Shown: positions 60,500 to 64,000 of the stretch, piece after piece
Numbering within the stretch: the first letter of the stretch is position 1
Layout of the letters: the number at the start of each line of letters is the position of its first letter
NCBI GenBank assembly: GCA_008632985.1
Contig: QPGO01000110.1
Coordinates: 1-64,000, forward strand
Length of the DNA: 64,000 nucleotides
Source of the DNA: Psammoneis japonica
Lineage: Eukaryota
Direction of reading: 5' to 3'
Notes under the pieces: model-generated
The model's database searches: none
The model's input: only the letters and a program-made list of their open reading frames with translations
What the model was told of the DNA's origin: nothing
Made by a program: the position numbers and the translations under genes

Positions 60500-61060
60500 C
60501 AGAGCTAGAACCATTGCGTCCTTTTTGTCAGTACTCAGCTTGTCTTCGAGTGCAGTAAAATCAGACATGACCTCCGCCTTGATGTCTTCCTCTTCCGCAA
60601 TAATCTAAGAATCAAGTGCAGCCAAGATAGACCACATTTGACGAGTCCGAGAGCATGACTATCGACAGCTTACCATTAGCGGGGTTCCGGCCATGACCTT
60701 CTCGAGTCCGTTTCCAACAATTATCTTAAAACAAAGCGATCCCTTGATTTCTTTTATGCTTAATGTAATCAGACTTAATGTCTTCCTCTTCCGCAATAAT
60801 CTAAGAATCAAACAGCCAAGATAGACCACATTTGACGAGTCCGAGAGCATGACTATCGATAGCTTACCATCAGCGGGGTTCCGGCCATGACCTTCTCGAG
60901 TCAGTTTCCAACAATTATCTTGACACAAAGCGCTCCCTTGATTTCTTTTGTGCTTAATGTAATCAGACTTAATCCTCGTTTCTCGGCTGGTGGTGGAGTC
61001 AGCAAGCCTCAGATTTCGGCAACAAATAATGGACTTTCCAGGGTACAAAACACGGCCTTG
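60500..61060 (-). pseudogene. eIF5B: eIF5B fragment containing a ~195-bp tandem duplication (60585-60973)
   Basis: RIKSDYIKHK and EIKGSLCFKIIVGNGLEKVMAGTP; a separate piece TLGALEALLQFL lies at ~59780-59820. Confidence 0.72.
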
Positions 61061-61569
61061 TCACCCTCCCGCAGGCGACCATTCACCACTAGAGCATCTA
61101 CAGACACTCATGCCCAATCCGTGGATTGCTTTTACTTCCAATGAGGTACGTTGCAAGCTATCGCACCACATGATTTTCTTCCATAGCTTGCGTTGCGCCA
61201 TTTCACACAGTAGCATCCATCAGGACATCTGGAGATCCATCTCCCGTCACTGCCGACGTTGGTACGAGAGGGACAAATTCTGGATTTGTTCAAGCCTCGT
61301 CTCCCATTTCGCAGTACAAGTTTGAGCTGACGCCTTTTTCCTGCAGTTGAACCTGTGCTTTCGTAGAGCGACAGCGAAAATCTAAAACCGTACCCTTTGG
61401 TTGATCAAGAAGCATTGCGTAAAGGGCATCCTTTCACGTATTCCAAGCACATCACCTGTCCAACCTGTTTAATGCTGCAACAAAAGGACAATTTCGCTTG
61501 AGCCACATGGTGAGACTCTCGATGGTCTGCTACTCCAAACGGTGCACAAGAAAGATCGACATGAGTTTG

Positions 61570-62090
61570 ATCCTTGTCAGACAGTCTCGCCAACTCTCGG
61601 GCCCGCGTGCTGCTGACAACTGCGACGTGTATAGACAAGAACGGATGTCAACTCCCGTCCTTGTGACCAATTGATGCAACAGAGTGCCTGTCAAGTTCAA
61701 ATGCTCTTCGTTATCACAGCTCGGAGTCTCGCGACGAGACGCGTACGAGACGGTGGACTGACATCAAACTGCATGGCGCATGGCACGAGCGGTCTCAGTG
61801 CAAGTGCAAGCTTGTGGTTACAAATAACGACAATGGAACGACGAAGGTAAGGATTCTGTTTCTTCTTGCGGGAGCTGTTGCTGTCGCTACGGCTGGGCAT
61901 TTCCACCTTGATAATAAGTTCCAGTGACGCAATAGCCCCGCGGGCGTCGGCTTCATCGATTTCATCGAGAATCAAACAATTCGGTACCTTGAGTTCTTGG
62001 CCAATTTGAGAGTGGCAGACTCCATACAACGCAGCACACGCTCCTTGAGACCGAGGCACATCGTTCGTCCAACGCGTTGATTTGAATGGG
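61570..62090 (-). pseudogene. CTF18: CTF18 fragment within repeat copy B
   Basis: PNCLILDEIDEAD, NPYLRRSIVVICNHK..ALRPL and DIRSCLYT. Confidence 0.75.
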
Positions 62091-63119
62091 GCGCATATGA
62101 GCCAAAGTGTCTTTTGGGTTGGCGACGGCTGGAGCATCATTTTGCTGCTTCTGCTGCTTCTTTGAAAGTCGTCATGAGCTTGTTGTACAAGGGCAGGACG
62201 TGGTGCAGGGTCTCGATGTAAGCGTAGTGACCCCATCCACGAAGAGAACGAAGCAACTCTCGGTTGGTCCCTTAGGCTGATAAGATGAGAGAATGCTGTC
62301 GGTGCGTGCTTGTCGACCAAAAGAAAATGGCCAGCGGTTTCGTGGCCACCACAGGACAAAATGCATAATCCATTATTCATGTCGCCAGTCTCGACAACAT
62401 TGATAGAGAACCATTTTTAGCCGTTAAACCAAGCCCAATGATAAGAAACGATGTCACACAGAGTTGGAAGAAACTTCAAAAACAAAACCAAGACGAGGGG
62501 ATATCACAGGAACTTATTACGCAGCATACATGTCCAAGTCCTGTTTGTTGTCGTACATTCGTTTGTGTACCGGTGCGTCATTAGAAGATTTGACGAGTCG
62601 GAGGCATGGCGCGTTGCACTTTCTGGTGCCCTTGGGCTGGGTTTTGTGTGGAAAGACAAGTTTTTGTCTCCCTTGGCTAAGCGGAACTATTGCCAAAACT
62701 GAATTCATCAGTGTTATTACCCAGTTCATTTCAGCAGGTGACTATCTCTCGCTTGTTTGAAGACATGAATCGATTCTCTAGGATCAATTGTCATGTCAAG
62801 GCATGCAGAAAACGTCGTAAGGTCGCTCAAAACTAAACGACTATCTCCGGCAAAGGTACAGAGAAGCCATCCCGTGTCCACGTAACGTCGTCTCAGCCGC
62901 GCTCCAGAACAATCTCAGATGTGAAGAGCCCGTTGACGGCGATGCTTGATAAATACATGCCGAACACAGAAAGGAACGGACTGCAAATCGAAAGTGCAAA
63001 AGGCCAACGGTTGAGACCAACAAAGAGTTCGACAAAAGGACGAATGTCTCCTTGTGAACAAATGCAAGGGGAATGACGCACAATAGCACGCAGCAGCCTT
63101 GGATCTAGTTGCACAGTAC

Positions 63120-64000
63120 TTCAGTCGTCTTGTGTGATATGAAACCATTCATGCGCCATGACTTTGAGTTTCTTGACGGCATCGCATAAATCGCTCCACC
63201 AATAACGCCGACGAGGCCGTAAACAATGGAAATGAAATAGACATGGCAGAGCCACGCCGTGGCAAGAAATGGGAAGGTGCAGTAGATTCCTCAGAATCAT
63301 GCGGTTCACCAAAACGGCGACAACAGACGAAACAGCTTCGGGTGAAGGCGCAACAAAGCACTGCAAATCCATTCGATGGGGCACTTCCAGCACAAAGAGT
63401 GCACTGCCATGGGAAATCCGAAGTAGCCAGGTACGGCCGCCGACACAGACGTCAAGTTTATGGCTCTTGCAGACAAGACTGACTGTCGCGTCACGACACC
63501 CAAGTAGGAGCCAATCATGCCAACAGCCAAAATAAGGCTCCCAAGGATAGACCAGACACCATTTTGGCAGTCGAAAAAACACAGAGATTGACAAATATCA
63601 GAGTCCTGAACTCCCCTAGAATGCAGCGACTTGATCCATTCATTTTGCCTCGGAAGAGGTTTCGGTGAAACGACAAAGATGTAAGACAGAATCTACAACG
63701 TGATGCCAGCGAGAGAGTAGATGGTTAAATGGACCAAACCGAATAGACAAAATAAGAACCCACCGATGTAAAGCAAGACTTACCCCGCCAAGGATAGATG
63801 AGCAAAGCCAACCGTAGTGCGGAAGAGGGAAATGCACATCCAAGTCGGTAAAGAACCCCATCATGTGCAGTTGCTCAGGAAGTGTCTTCCATGTGAACTC
63901 CACACGAAAGTCTCCCCAAGTCCACTAAAATAGGCTTTTCTGGAAGTAGACGTATCCACAACATTTTGGGGCTTTGATTTCGTTGACGACGCTGGGACAC
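63120..64000 (-). pseudogene. CLC-family chloride channel fragment
   Basis: GMIGSYL..SARAINLT..GYFGFPM and SALFVLEVPHRM.LQCF..SP..SSVVAVLVNRMI, split across frames. Confidence 0.65.

Larger units (their letters stand above)
58715..62985 (-). repeat. Chimeric gene-fragment repeat, copy B (TpA largely retained)
   Basis: Reverse-complement homology to 19255-23495. Confidence 0.88.

Noticed and set aside
58715..62985. Classical RIP (CpA->TpA) acting on copy B
   Set aside because: Copy B has ordinary TpA content and keeps the conserved Tyr codons; copy A is the compositional outlier.

Overview
Eukaryotic nuclear DNA, very probably from a pennate diatom: fucoxanthin-chlorophyll LHC gene, bipartite plastid presequences and short GT-AG introns. 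Compact ordinary genes include an FAD oxidase, GT92, a giant adhesin-like protein, TLDc, IMP peptidase, ABCB half-transporter, F-box, PDZ, NUDIX, LHC, spermidine synthase and an R-S-E class ADP-ribosyltransferase. They alternate with five sharply bounded blocks of decayed repeat or pseudogene DNA (about 1-2190, 4490-5720, 17890-23420, 33735-34995, 39945-42090) in which TpA is almost erased and CpG is reduced. One ~4 kb gene-fragment-carrying repeat is present twice: a TpA-erased copy at ~19.25-23.5 kb and a largely TpA-retaining copy at ~58.7-63.0 kb. Aligning them by eye shows systematic TpA->TpG/CpA transitions, polarised by conserved Tyr codons becoming Cys or His. This points to a repeat-targeted A:T->G:C hypermutation process, the mirror image of fungal RIP, and is the main candidate for an undescribed system. 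The 50-64 kb region holds many decayed gene fragments (TOP2, 2OG-Fe oxygenase, CTF18, eIF5B, CLC). Single-base frameshifts in several otherwise intact genes suggest assembly indel errors. All alignments and counts were read by eye and need computational confirmation.
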